From contig NC_086118.1 of NCBI RefSeq assembly GCF_963921235.1, positions 13,022,001-13,086,000 on the forward strand: a stretch of 64,000 nt of DNA, given 5' to 3'. This DNA is from Mobula hypostoma. Taxonomy: Eukaryota. The notes under the pieces are model-generated. The model worked only from the letters and a program-made list of their open reading frames with translations, did not search any database and was not told the origin of the DNA. Of the stretch, positions 1-12,110 are shown one piece after another (position 1 is the stretch's first letter; every line of letters begins with the position of its first letter). A program made the translations under genes and the position numbers.

Positions 1-94
1 AGAATCACCACTTACCGGTGAAAGAAAGGTAGGAAAGGTAAAGAGCTGGAGAAAGATAGGAAAGGTAAAGAGCTAGAGAAGAAAGAATAATTCT

Positions 95-2946
95 ATAATG
101 CTATTGCATAGTAACTCTGTGATGATACCAGTTGTAGATATTACTATTCAGACAATATATCCACAGTCCATGTTTCATAACCTTTCAATTTCCTCTTTTA
201 ATTCAACATACTTACTTCTGTCTCTTATGTGTGTTTTGAGTAGCTTTATCTATTTAATAAGTTGTCCTTGCTTGTTTATTTTGTAATATTATATCTGGAT
301 GTTTATTATGGATTGTCCTATCTATAATAGTCGATTGGTCATAATATAATTTGTTAGGACTCTGACTCTAAAACGGCTTGTACTTACAGTAAGGTATGGT
401 GTCTTTTATGAGTTTATATTTTAAAGCAAGATCTTGGTGAATGATGTTTGCCACTTGATTGTGTCTGTGTAAGTAATCAGATTGAGTTAAACTGCTGCAG
501 GATTCTGTAATGTGTTGGATTTTTTCTAGTTTTTCTTTGCATTTACTGAATTTATCATCTTGACTTTCTAGGTCTTTTATTATGTATTGTTGATATTTTT
601 TGTGTTAACCTCCTGGTCCTGTATTGCCACAAGGAACTCCTTTGTTTCTGGGAAGAGATCTTCAATTCTGAGCCATTTGATGCTTCCCTGTCAACACCTA
701 GTCTCCTCTGATCACAGAGATGTCTTCCATGGAGTGTCATGCCCTTCCATTGGTTAACCTTTTCTTCTATAGTGATAATTTCTTCATTTTTTTTGTGTTG
801 TGCTTTCACTTAAATTTAGTGGTGTGTACCTCTGATCAGAATTATAGATGCTCATGTGACGTGCTGAATCCTGCTTTTGTTGATGAAAATATATCCTGAG
901 AAGTTTTATCTGATGGTTGTGTAAATTTTTTCATATCCTTAATTCCTCATTCTCCTTCTGTCCCAGGTAATGCTAATCTAAGGACGTTTGAGTATACATA
1001 GTGTTTTCTAAAATTTGTCATTTCAGTTCTTACTTTTCTTTGTAAACTTTCTAGATCAATTTTGGACTGAAATATTATGCCAAAAGGATCCTATTGCTCT
1101 GTTTTGTATTCTATTAGCTCTATTATACTTTTCTTTATGTTTAATGTTCTGCATTTATCTCATACAATAATCTTGTCTATGTCTTTAGAAAATAGTTTTA
1201 TTACTTGAATTAATTGCTTTAGCTTTACCGATGAAGGAGAGTATAATTTCAAAACTTCCATGTATTTTGGTGATGTGTCAACATATAATTTGTTTGATTG
1301 GTTCTGATTTCATACACTATTTTTGTCCAATTCAGTAAATTAGAGAGTGTGTTCAAAGGTAGACAAAATAATAGTGGGCTGAGAGTCATCCTAAAAAATG
1401 CCTTGGTTTATTTTGATAATAGTTATTGGGTTTTTTTGGTTGTTAATAGATAATGTGATTATAGTATTCCAATGATTCATCAGATGTTGTCAGAATTTCA
1501 CAAGTATTGCATGTAGTTTATTTATATTATGAACTTCCATTAGCCATGAGTGTGGACAGATCAAAGGCTTTTTGGTAAGTCAGTATAACAACATGAAAGA
1601 CTTCTGCTTTTCCGCCGGGCTTGATTTAGAATTGCAGAATATATTACCAGCAGTTCTCTACATTCCTTCATATCCTTATGACATCTTTTCTGCTACTCTG
1701 CAGCCAAAGTGAGTGGTGATTAGTTGCAAAATGCATGATGTTACAATTGTTCATATAGTTTATAAACAAGTAGTATTTACTGAACTTTTTACTGTTGGAC
1801 TTCGGCCACATTCCACCGTGATACAACACTTGGTGGCACGGGTGGTCGTTCCTGCCTGTGGCCATCGAACGTGCAGCTCCTCCCGTGGAGGGTCAGGCAC
1901 CCTGAGCCAATAGACTGGTCCTGGACTTATTTTCCACCTGGCATAGTTTGTATTTTGGTGTTTGATTATTGGGGTTTTTTGTATTGCTATATTTATGCTC
2001 TATTCTTGGTTGGTGCGGCTGTAACGAAACCAAATTTCCCTCGGGATTAATAAAGTATATCTATCTATCTATCTACCTATCTATCTATCTATCTAGTATT
2101 TGGATGGGTCATTTGTGATTTCTCCTTTTGGTAAGAGGAATGTTTCACCTTATGTCAAAATTTCAGGCACTTCCAGGGTTTTTGAGAAAATTGTTCATGT
2201 GTAATAATGGGTACTGATGAAGGCAATAACTTTTTATACCATAATTATGACTGTTACCACTGCCAATACTTTTCCAATTGTGGACATTTTTTTATAATCA
2301 CTGTTAGCATATCTTTTCTAACTTCATGTATTTGTATGTCTTCAATTATGTGAGTGTATTCTGTTACCTCCCAAATCCAGCTTGTTTCTTGATTGACCAG
2401 ATATTAGACCAAATCTTCATTATCTCTGTATTTGTTGGTAATTTTGTGCGAAGGTTGGTGATATTTGGTGTGTCAAATTTAGTTTCAATATCCTGTATAA
2501 ACCTTTTTCATTGCTCCGGAACTAATGATTCTGTTTTTTTCTGTCTGGTACATTTCATGTAACTATTTAGTCTATCTTTGTATGTGTCAGGCTTTTGTTT
2601 TAGTGTATCTATAAATTCTACATTTAGTTTGTTAAGCTGATCGCGTTTTGTACCGATCTTATATTTACTTAGCTTTTCTCTTAATATTCTTGCCCAGGTT
2701 ATCCATTTTATACTCCATTACGTGGGCTATTTCTGCTCTTAAGTTCTCAATTTTGTTTCTTGTTCTCTTCTGCCATTTTTGTGTTCTCGTTTCATTATCC
2801 AGTTTTCAGTTTCTATTAACGAATCTCTTTATTTTGGAGCTATTGCACTGCACTACTGTTAATGTTCTGCAGTATGCTATTGTGTGTGGTTCTTCAAATG
2901 TTTCAATTTTTCTTAATAATGCTCAATATAATATTGTTGAGATATT
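95..2946 (-). mobile_element. Decayed R4/Dong-clade non-LTR retrotransposon (RT + CCHC + restriction-like endonuclease); continues at about 7231-7280
   Basis: Minus-strand remnants read QKAFD, GIF*DDxLSPLLFCLPLN, MTLHGRH, xxKCKEKLEKIQHITESC and IIDRTIHNKHPDIILQNKQARTTY*ID. Collinear with the plus-strand copy at 44.2-49.3 kb. Many stops and frameshifts. Confidence 0.8.
1779..2093 (+). mobile_element. Rex1/Babar-type LINE 3' fragment with (CTAT)n tail, nested in the R4 element
   Basis: ORF-end remnant SFLPVAIE; 3' end aatttccctcgggattaataaagtatat(ctat)n; 8-bp TSD TAGTATTT at 1771-1778 and 2094-2101. Confidence 0.7.
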
Positions 2947-3148
2947 GTTGTGACGTCGGGCTGTGCAGCGCGGCAGATTTAAAAGGAACAAAGCCTCATA
3001 GAGCGGGCAGCGTAGTTTGCGGGCGGTGGAGTGAGCCGGGAGCAGAGTGAAGACCTAAGGGCTTCGGCTCATCGGGCGTAGGCGGAAGCGGGCGAGGCAA
3101 GGAAGGTTTGACATTCATTTTCTGTTGCTATTTGAGGAGAGGGGCATT
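2947..3148 (+). promoter_or_regulatory. CR1 5' UTR / putative internal promoter
   Basis: CpG-rich; CRE-like TGACGTC at 2951-2957 and TATA-like ATTTAAAA at 2977-2984. Function is inferred only. Confidence 0.4.
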
Positions 3149-4084
3149 ATGACTGTGAGGGCAGTTTGCTGTTCTCGGTGTCGGATGTGGGAGGCCCTGG
3201 AGTCTCCAAGCCTCCCGGACGTCTACATCTGCGCCAAGTGCATCGAGGTGCAGCTCCTAAGGGACCGCGTTACGGAACTGGAGCTGCAGCTCGATGACCT
3301 TCGTCTGGTCAGGGAGAGTGAGGAGGTGATAGAGAGGAGTGGAAGGCAGGTGGTCACGCCGGGGCCACGGGAGGCAGACAAGTGGGTCACGGTTAGGAGG
3401 GGGAAGGGGAAAAGTCAGGTGATGGGGAGTACCCCGGTGGCTGTGCCCCTTAACAACAGGTACTCCTGTTTGAGTACTGTTGGGGGGTACAGCTTACCTG
3501 GGGGAAGTGACAGTGGCCGTGCCTCCGGCACAGAGTCTGGCCCTGTAGCTCAGAAGGGTAGGGCAAGGAAGAGGAGGGCAGTTGTGATAGGGGACTCGAT
3601 AGTAAGGGGGTCAGATAGGCGATTCTGTGGACGCAGTCCAGAGACCCGGATGGTAGTTTGCCTCCCTGGTGCCAGGGTCCGGGATATTTCTGATCGTGTC
3701 CAAGATATCCTGAAGTGGGAGGGTGAGGAGCCAGAGGTCGTGGTACATATAGGTACCAATGACATAGGTAGGAAAAGGGATGAGGTCCTGAAAGGAGAAT
3801 ATAGGGAGCTAGGAAGGGAGTTGAGAAAAAGGACCGCAAAGGTAGTAATCTCGGGATTACTGCCTGTGCCACGCGACAGTGAGAGTAGGAATGCGATGAG
3901 GTGGAGGATAAATGCGTGGCTGAGGGATTGGAGCAGGGGGCAGGGATTCAAGTTTTTGGATCATTGGGACCTCTTTTGGCGCAGGCGTGACCTGTACAAA
4001 AAGGACGGGTTACACTTGAATCCTAGGGGGACCAATATCCTGGCAGGGAGATTAGCGGGGGCTACTGAGGTGACTTTAAACTAG
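3149..4084 (+). CDS. CR1 ORF1p: zinc finger/leucine zipper + SGNH/GDSL esterase domain
   Basis: CSRC..CAKC zinc finger, coiled coil, and the motifs VIGDSIVR, HIGTND and DGLHLN. Open from the ATG at 3149 (311 aa). Confidence 0.9.
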   Translation: MTVRAVCCSRCRMWEALESPSLPDVYICAKCIEVQLLRDRVTELELQLDDLRLVRESEEVIERSGRQVVTPGPREADKWVTVRRGKGKSQVMGSTPVAVPLNNRYSCLSTVGGYSLPGGSDSGRASGTESGPVAQKGRARKRRAVVIGDSIVRGSDRRFCGRSPETRMVVCLPGARVRDISDRVQDILKWEGEEPEVVVHIGTNDIGRKRDEVLKGEYRELGRELRKRTAKVVISGLLPVPRDSESRNAMRWRINAWLRDWSRGQGFKFLDHWDLFWRRRDLYKKDGLHLNPRGTNILAGRLAGATEVTLN

Positions 4085-7000
4085 AATGGTTGGGGGTTGG
4101 GAATCAAATTAAAGAGGCTAGGCGTGAGGAGGTTAGTTCACAACAGAGGGATGGGAACCAGTGCAGAGAGACAGAGGGGTGTAAAGTGAGGGTAGAAGCA
4201 AAAAGTACAAAGGAGAAAAGTAAAAGTGGCAGGCCGACAAATCCAGGGTAAGCATTAAAAAGGGCCACTTTTCAACATAATTGTATAAGGGCTAAGAGAG
4301 TTGTAAAAGAGCGCCTGAAGGCTTTATGTGTCAATGCAAGGAGCATTCGTAATAAGGTGGATGAATTGAAAGTGCAGATTGTTATTAATGATTATGATAT
4401 AGTTGGGATCACAGAGACATGGCTCCAGGGTGACCAGGGATGGGAGCTCAACGTTCAGGGATATTCAATATTCAGGAGGGATAGACATGAAGGAAGGGGA
4501 GGTGGGGTGGCTTTGCTGGTTAAAAAAGAGATTAACGCAATAGAAAGGAAGGACATAAGCCGGGAAGATGTGGAATCGATATGGGTAGAGCTGCGTAACA
4601 CTAAGGGGCAGAAGACGCTGGTGGGAGTTGTGTACAGGCCACCTAACAGTAGTAGTGAGGTCGGAGATGGTATTAAACAGGAAATTAGAAATGTGTGCAA
4701 TAAAGGAACAGCAGTTATAATGGGTGACTTCAATCTACATGTAGACTGGGTGAACCAAATTGGTAAAGGTGCTGAGGAAGAGGATTTCTTGGAATGTATG
4801 CGGGATGGTTTTTTGAACCAACATGTCGAGGAACCAACTAGAGAGCAGGCTATTCTGGACTGGGTTTTGAGCAATGAGGAAGGGTTAATTAGCGATCTTG
4901 TTGTGAGAGGCCCCTTGGGTAAGAGTGACCATAATATGGTGGAATTCTTCATTAATATGGAGAGTGACATAGTTAATTCAGAAACAAAGGTTCTGAACTT
5001 AAAGAGGGGTAACTTTGAAGGTATGAGACGTGAATTAGCTAAGATAGACTGGCAAATGACACTTAAAGGATTGACGGTGGATATGCAATGGCAAGCATTT
5101 AAAGGTTGCATGGATGAACTACAACAATTGTTCATCCCAGTTTGGCAAAAGAATAAATCAAGGAAGGTAGTGCACCCGTGGCTGACAAGAGAAATTAGGG
5201 ATAGTATCAATTCCAAAGAAGTAGCATACAAATTAGCCAGAGAAAGTGGCTCCCCTGAGGACTGGGAGAAATTCAGAGTTCAGCAGAGGAGGACAAAGGG
5301 CTTAATTAGGAAGGGGAAAAAAGATTATGAGAGAAAACTGGTGGGGAACATAAAAACGGACTGTAAAAGCTTTTATAAATATATGTAAAAAGGAAAAGAC
5401 TGGTAAAGACAAATGTAGGTCCCCTGCAGACAGAAACAGGTGAATTGATTATGGGGAGCAAGGACATGGCAGACCAATTGAATAATTACTTTGGTTCTGT
5501 CTTCACTAAGGAGGACATAAATAATCTTCCAGAAATAGTAAGGGACAGAGGGTCCAGTGAGATGGAGGAACTGAGTGAAATACATGTTAGTAGGGAGGTG
5601 GTGTTAGGTAAATTGAAGGGATTGAAGGCAGATAAATCCCCAGGGCCAGATGGTCTGCATCCTAGAGTGCTTAAGGAAGTAGCCCAAGAAATAGTGGATG
5701 CATTAGTGATAATTTTTCAAAACTCATTAGATTCTGGACTAGTTCCTGAGGATTGGAGGGTGGCTAATGTAACCCCACTTTTTAAAAAAGGAGGGAGAGA
5801 GAAACCGGGGAATTATAGACCGGTTAGCCTAACGTCGGTGGTGGGGAAACTGCTGGAGTCAGTTATCAAGGATGTGATAACAGCACATTTGGAAAGCGGT
5901 GAAATGATCGGACAAAGTCAGCATGGATTTGTGAAAGGAAAATCATGTCTGACGAATCTCATAGAATTTTTTGAGGATGTAACTAGTAGAGTGGATAGGG
6001 GAGAACCAGTGGATGTGGTATATTTGGATTTTCAAAAGGCTTTTGACAAGGTCCCACACAGGAGATTAGTGTGCAAACTTAAAGCACACGGTATTGGGGG
6101 TAAGGTATTGGTGTGGGTGGAGAATTGGTTAGCAGACAGGAAGCAAAGAGTGGGAATAAACGGGACCTTTTCAGAATGGCAGGCGGTGACTAGTGGGGTA
6201 CCGCAAGGCTCAGTGCTGGGACCCCAGTTGTTTACAATATATATTAATGACTTGGATGAGGGAATTAAATGCAGCATCTCCAAGTTTGCGGATGACACGA
6301 AGCTGGGTGGCAGTGTTAGCAGTGAGGAGGATGCTAAGAGGATGCAGAGTGACTTGGATAGGTTGGGTGAGTGGGCAAACTCATGGCAGATGCAATTTGA
6401 TGTGGATAAATGTGAAGTTATCCACTTTGGTGGCAAAAATAGGAAAACAGATTATTATCTGAATGGTGGCCGATTAGGAAAAGGGGAGGTGCAACGAGAC
6501 CTGGGTGTCATTATACACCAGTCATTGAAAGTGGGCATGCAGGTACAGCAGGCGGTGAAAAAGGCGAATGGTATGCTGGCATTTATAGCGAGAGGATTCG
6601 AGTACAGGAGCAGGGAGGTACTACTGCAGTTGTACAAGGCCTTGGTGAGACCACACCTGGAGTATTGTGTGCAGTTTTGGTCCCCTAATCTGAGGAAAGA
6701 CATCTTTGCCATAGAGGGAGTACAAAGAAGATTCACCAGATTGATTCCTGGGATGGCAGGACTTTCATATGAAGAAAGACTGGATGAACTGGGCTTGTAC
6801 TCGTTGGAATTTAGAAGATTGAGGGGGGATCTGATTGAAACGTATAAGATCCTAAAGGGATTGGACAGGCTAGATGCAGGAAGATTGTTCCCGATGTTGG
6901 GGAAGTCCAGAACGAGGGGTCACAGTTTGAGGATAGAGGGGAAGCCATTTAGGACCGAGATTAGGAAAAACTTCTTCACACAGAGAGTGGTGAATCTGTG

Positions 7001-7124
7001 GAATTCTCTGCCACAGGAAACTGTTGAGGCCAGTTCATTGGCTATGTTTAAGAGGGAGTTAGATATGGCCCTTGTGGCTACAGGGGTCATGGGGTATGGA
7101 GGGAAGGCTGGGGCGGGGTTCTGA
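4075..7124 (+). pseudogene. CR1 ORF2 (AP endonuclease + reverse transcriptase), disrupted by one stop and one frameshift
   Basis: NARSIRNK, ITETW, GDFN and SDHN (APE); YLDFQKAFD, GVPQGSVLGP and FADD (RT). TAA at 4249-4251 and an extra TA at about 5380 that shifts the frame by +2. Confidence 0.9.
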
Positions 7125-7284
7125 GTTGGATGATCAGCCATGATCATAATAAATGGCGGTGCAGGCTCGAAGGGCCGAATGGCCTGCTCCTGCACCTATT
7201 TTCTATGTTTCTATTTTTCTATGTTTCTATTAACAATTTTCTTAATTTTTTCATGACATGTTTTGTTTTGGTACACAGGGATTT

Positions 7285-7488
7285 GTTATTATGACATTGT
7301 TATTATTTCTGTCTTTTGTATTTGCACAGTTTGTTGCTTTAGCAGGCTGGTTGTATGCCCACTTGGTGAGGTCTTTCATTAATTATGGTTACTTGAGTAT
7401 GCCCAGAAGAAAATGAAACTCAGCATTGTATATGGTGACATATATCTACTGTACTTTGATAATAAATTGAATTTGAACTTTGAACTTC
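7285..7488 (+). mobile_element. Rex1/L2-type LINE or derived SINE 3' UTR fragment
   Basis: Ends tactttgataataaa-(tttgaac)n; related to 20085-20315 and 44030-44220. Confidence 0.55.
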
Positions 7489-7607
7489 AAGGATGCTCAT
7501 TTCCTTCCTAAAGTGCTGTTACCAGAACTCAATATATTATTTTTGTTCTGGCCCAGTCTGAGTCTTATAGGGTTCAGGACACTTCCCTGTATTTCTTCTG
7601 TTAACGT

Positions 7608-7990
7608 AGCATAGAATAGTACAGCACAGTACAGGCCCTTCGGCCCACAATGTTGTGCCGACCCTCAAACCCTGCCTCCCATATAAGCCCCCACCTTAGG
7701 TTCCTCCATATACCTGTCTAGTGGTCTCTTAAACTTCACTAGTGTATCTGCCTCCAACACTGACTCAGGCAGTGCATTCCACGCACCAACCACTCTCTGA
7801 GTAAACAACCTTCCTCTAATATTCCCCTTGAACTTCCCACCCCTTACCTTAAAGCCATGTCCTCTTGTATTGAGCAGTGGTGCCCTGGGGAAGAGGCGCT
7901 GGCTGTCCACTCTACCTATTCCTCTTAATATCTTGTACACCTCTATCATGTCTCCTCTCACCCTCCTTCTCTCCAAAGAGTAAAGCCCTG
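7608..7990 (-). mobile_element. CR1 3' fragment (subfamily shared with 45375 and 50319)
   Basis: ORF 7665-7976 reads ERRRVRGDMIEVYKILRG..FTQRVVGAWNALP; TTCTATG tail. Confidence 0.9.
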
Positions 7991-8439
7991 GCTCCCTTGT
8001 TGCTTGTAACTACCCTAATCAATAATGATCAGTTAGGCATAGAGAGAATCTATGTATATCAACTGACAATTACCTTTATTGGTTGCATTAATGCGTTTTT
8101 ATGTCATACAAAATGAAATATTTGCTGCACACCCTCACTAGGTTTCTCTAATTCCCATAAAGATTCAAAGTATAGGAAAATTAATAGCTGGGAATAGGAG
8201 CCCAAACTGGCCAGGTGGTCCCCTTAATCCTGAAGTGACCTCTATGTTTACAATGTGGTGTCATCCACTTCTGAAATGATTTTCTCCAGAATTTTTACTA
8301 GTTCTACTCCTGAAATCCTCCATTCTTATCAGATGGAACAGCTGTGTTTGAATTCTATTGCCTCAGGCTTATTTGGCCAGCCTGTGAAGATTTCTCAGTG
8401 GATCTGCTCTGAGGTTATAAGCAGTATTACTTTATTGAT

Positions 8440-8975
8440 GAATGTAGAACATGGGTAAGAGCATGGAACTATGATATTGTGTCTATAAAAAAGACTTAGA
8501 AAAGAGAGAGAGAGGAATGTGTGCTTAATTTCTCAGGGGTTTCAATGTTTTAGAAAACATAGCAAGAGAGGTAAAATGCGCGGTGGGGGAATTGCACTAC
8601 AATCAGGCAAAATATTTCAGCTGCTCTCAGATGAAACATAATGGAGGGCACATCCCCTGAGCTTATATGGGTAGAATCCAAAAAAAAGGATGAAATCACA
8701 CTGATGGAATTGTGCTACAGACACCTCCCCCACCCCCCACCAAATGCCACCAGGACATTGAAGAACAGATATATAGGCAGGTTAAGGAAAAGTATAAAAG
8801 TAGTTGGGTTGTTCTCATGGGGAACTTCAACTTTGCTAATACTATTTGGGACCTTCTTCGTGAAAGAGCTTTAAATAGGGCAGCATTTATTAGTGCATCC
8901 AGGAAGAATTTTTAAATCAATATGTAGATAGTCCAACAAGAGGAGGGTCTGTACTGCACCTGGTGTTGGGTAATG
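8440..8975 (+). mobile_element. Decayed CR1 APE fragment
   Basis: ELIWVE, IEEQIYRQ and VLMGNFNF remnants. Confidence 0.7.
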
Positions 8976-8979
8976 ATAT

Positions 8980-11490
8980 AAGTAGGAAAGTTGAGCGCGT
9001 CTTGAAGAGATATTTTAGAGAGATTGGTAGAACGCTGAAAAGTAGGACCTTCAGGGTAGTAATTATTGGATTGCTGCCTGTGCCATGTGCCTGTGAGGGT
9101 AAGAATGGTATAATTTGACAAATGAATGTGCAGTTGAGGAACTATTGCAGGGGGCAGGGTTTCAGATTTCTGGATCACTGGGATCTCTTTTGGGGAAGAT
9201 ATAACTTGTACAAAAGGGACGGTTTACACCTGACCTCAAAGGGACCAATATCCTTGTGGGCAGGTTTGATCGAGCTGTTAAGGAGGGTTTAAACTAATTT
9301 GGAAAGGGGATAGGACCAAAAGTGGTAGGGCTGAGGATGAGGTAGCTTACAAACAGAGGCAGTGTGGTGTGAGAGGGCTAGCAAGAAGAGGCTGATGATA
9401 GGGCAAAATTGCTGTCAACGGGATGAGTTGCATGGTAAAAGGGGGACAAAATTTTTATAGGGCTGAATGCAGGACTGAACGTGTTATATTTGATTGCTCA
9501 CAGTATATGGAATAAAGTTGGTGAACTTGTAACACAGTTAGAGATTGGCACATATCACTGAATTGTGGCTGAAAGGAGGGAGGAGAAGATGGCAGCGCGA
9601 TGCAGAGCGCGGCTGTTCCGAATGATATCGTATGTGTTAACTAGGGGCCGTGCACAATCCTGATTTGATGGAGACAGCCGTGAGAAGCACGGAGGAACAC
9701 CTGGAGAAACTTCTGAAAGGCCCGCTTCGCTGCCGCTGCTACTGTGCGATCGAGAATCTCTGGAGCGGAAGGCCCCAAATCCTAGGTTTTGCCTATTGCC
9801 TGTTGCCAGGGCCGGGGTCGAAGTGCTCGGCAGAGATGGTGCTCGGTGCTCAGTGTCGGAGAGCTGGTCGGAGGCTCGGAGTTTTCGGACGGACTCAGAG
9901 TCGGACAGTGGTCGGATGCTTCCAGGATGCTGCATCAGCAAGTTTGCAGCACTGGAGGTTCACCATCTGCGTGAGATGATGGGACTTTCGAGAGACTTTG
10001 AGACTTTTTACCGTGCCCATGGTCTGTTCTTTATCAAATTACAGTATTGCTTTGCACTGTTGTAACAATATGTTATAATTATGTGGTTTTTGTCAGTTTT
10101 TCAGTCAGTTTGTCATGTGTTTCTGTGATATCATTCTGGAGAAACATTGTATCATTTCTTAATGCATGCATTACTAAATGACAATAAAGGAGGTCTGCGT
10201 GTCCTCATAAACTAAATCTAAGAAGATCATAGTTGGGAGCTTAACCTCCAAGAATGCTTGCTATATTGACAGGACAGGCAGGTGCGCAAATCATTATAAA
10301 GAAGTGACATTGGATTGGAAGGTATAGAATTATTGTGGTTAGAGCTAATAAACTATAGGGGTAAAAAGATCCTTACAATATGCAGTTAGATTGAGAAAAT
10401 CACATTCATTCTTGATCCCAAAAGGAGTAATTTGCAGAATGCCTATGAGATAGCTTTTTAGAGCAGCTCATGGTTAGTCCCACTAGGGGATCTGCTATTT
10501 GGATTGTTTGTGTGCAATGAACCGGAGTTGATCAGAGAGTTTAAGGTAAAATAACCTTTCGGGGAATTGATCATAATGTGATGGAATTCACCCAGCAATT
10601 TGAGAAGGAGAAGCTAAATTCAGATATATCAATAATACAGTGGAGTAAAAAGGAATTACAGAGGCATGAGAGAGGGGGCCGGCCAAAATTGATTGGAAGG
10701 GAACACTAGCATGGACGATGGCAAAGCAAACAGCTGAAGTTTCTGGGAGCAATTCAGAAGGTGCAGGATAAATTCATCCCGAGGAAGAAAAAGCATTCTA
10801 GGGGCAGCATGATGCAACTGTTGCTGACAAGAGAGGTCAAAGCCAACATCAAAGCCAAAGAGAAGGAATATAATAGAGCAAAAAGTAGTGGGAAGTTAGT
10901 GAATTGGGAAGCTTTTAAAAACTATTAGAGGGCAACTAAAGAAGTCACAATGAAGGAAAAGATGGAATACAAAGGTAAGCTAGGCAATAATATTAAAGAG
11001 TATACCTAAAGTGTCATCAGATATATGAAGTGTAAAAGAGAGGCAATTTTAGATATTGGACCACTGGAAAATGATGCTGGAGATGTCATGATATGGGAAA
11101 AGAAAATAGTGGGTGAACTGAGTAAGTATTTTGCATCAGTCTTCACTGTGGAAGACACCAGCAGTATGCTTGATGTTTGAGAGGGTTGCGGAAAAAGTGA
11201 GTGAAGTTGCCATTACTTGGAAGAATTTGCTAGTGAAGCTGATGGGGTCGAATGTAGGTAGTTCACCTGGACCAGATGGGTTAAAGCCCAGGGTTCTGAA
11301 AGAGGAGGCTGAAGGGATTGTGCAGGCCTTAGCAATCATCTTTAAAGAGTCAATGGATTCTAGCATGGTTCCAGAAGACTGGAAATTTGCAAATGTCACT
11401 CCACTCTTCAAGAAGGGAAGGAGGCAGAAGAAAGAAAATTATAGGACAGCTATGCTGACTTCAGTGGTTGGAAAGATGTTGGAGTCGAGT
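8980..11490 (+). mobile_element. Decayed CR1 (ORF1 3' end, APE, start of RT), interrupted at 9575-10220
   Basis: FLDHWDLFWG..DGLHL, TTTAAACTAA junction, SPGPDGLKPRVLKE and PEDWKFANVTPLFKKG. Confidence 0.85.
9575..10220 (+). mobile_element. Short non-autonomous retroposon with AAGATGGC GC-rich head and LINE-like AATAAA/(ATCTA) tail
   Basis: Interrupts CR1 APE coding sequence (..WLK|EDHSWELN). Homologous to 13008-13688 (-) and 30835-31103. Confidence 0.75.
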
Positions 11491-11499
11491 TTGATTGAG

Positions 11500-12110
11500 A
11501 GGTCAACAGTTAGTAACGTTACAGCACAGGAAAGGGCCCTTTGGCCCACTATGTTATGCTAAACTAATTAAACTAGTAATTAAATTCTGAACTAAACTAA
11601 TCCCTTCTGCCTACAAAACATCCAAATCTCCCCATTCTCTGCATATTTTTGTGCCCGTCTAAGAGCATCTTACTTATTTATTTATCTATTGAGATACAGC
11701 ATGGAGTAGACCCTTCCGGCCCTTCAAGCCACACAGTCCAGCAACCCCTGATTTAACCCTCGCCTAATTATGGAATAATTTACAATGAACAATTACCCTA
11801 CCAACTGGTATGTCTTCGGAATGTGGAGGGAAACCAGAGCACCAAGAGGAAACCCACGCAGTCATGGGGAGAATGTACAAACTCCTTGCAGACAGCAGTA
11901 GGAATTGGACTTGGGCCACTGACATTATAAAGCGTCGTGCTAACCACTACGTTACCATGCCTGAACACCTCCATCATATTCAGTTCCACTACAGCCCCTG
12001 CAGTGAATTCCAGACAAGCTCCACTTTTCATATATATATATTACAAAATCCCACACATCTCTTTTGAACCTTCTCCTTCCCCTTAAATGCATGCCTTCTA
12101 GTATTAACTT
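11500..12110 (-). mobile_element. Decayed CR1 3' fragment interrupted by a V-SINE
   Basis: acagcacaggaaagggccctttggcccac 3' UTR, plus a cagtgaattccagac (WNSL) remnant after the SINE. Confidence 0.65.
11672..11962 (-). mobile_element. V-SINE (HE1-like tRNA-derived SINE)
   Basis: Reverse strand shows a tRNA-like head (ggtaacgtagtggttagc), a V-domain (gcgtgggtttcc..ggtttccctccacattccgaagac) and a (TAAA)n tail. Confidence 0.85.

Larger units (their letters stand above)
2947..7230 (+). mobile_element. Full-length young CR1 LINE
   Basis: CpG-rich 5' UTR, ORF1, APE-RT ORF2, and a 3' UTR ending in (TTTCTATG)-type repeats. The flanks rejoin as continuous R4 sequence (..gagatat|taacaatttt..). Confidence 0.95.

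Noticed and set aside
31..85. 27-bp purine-rich tandem duplication
   Set aside because: Only two copies, low complexity and at the window edge; not interpretable.
4455..5231. Long antisense ORFs over CR1 ORF2 (also 19203-19895, 6032-6436, 51593-52060)
   Set aside because: Shadow ORFs arising from CR1 codon bias; no independent protein features.
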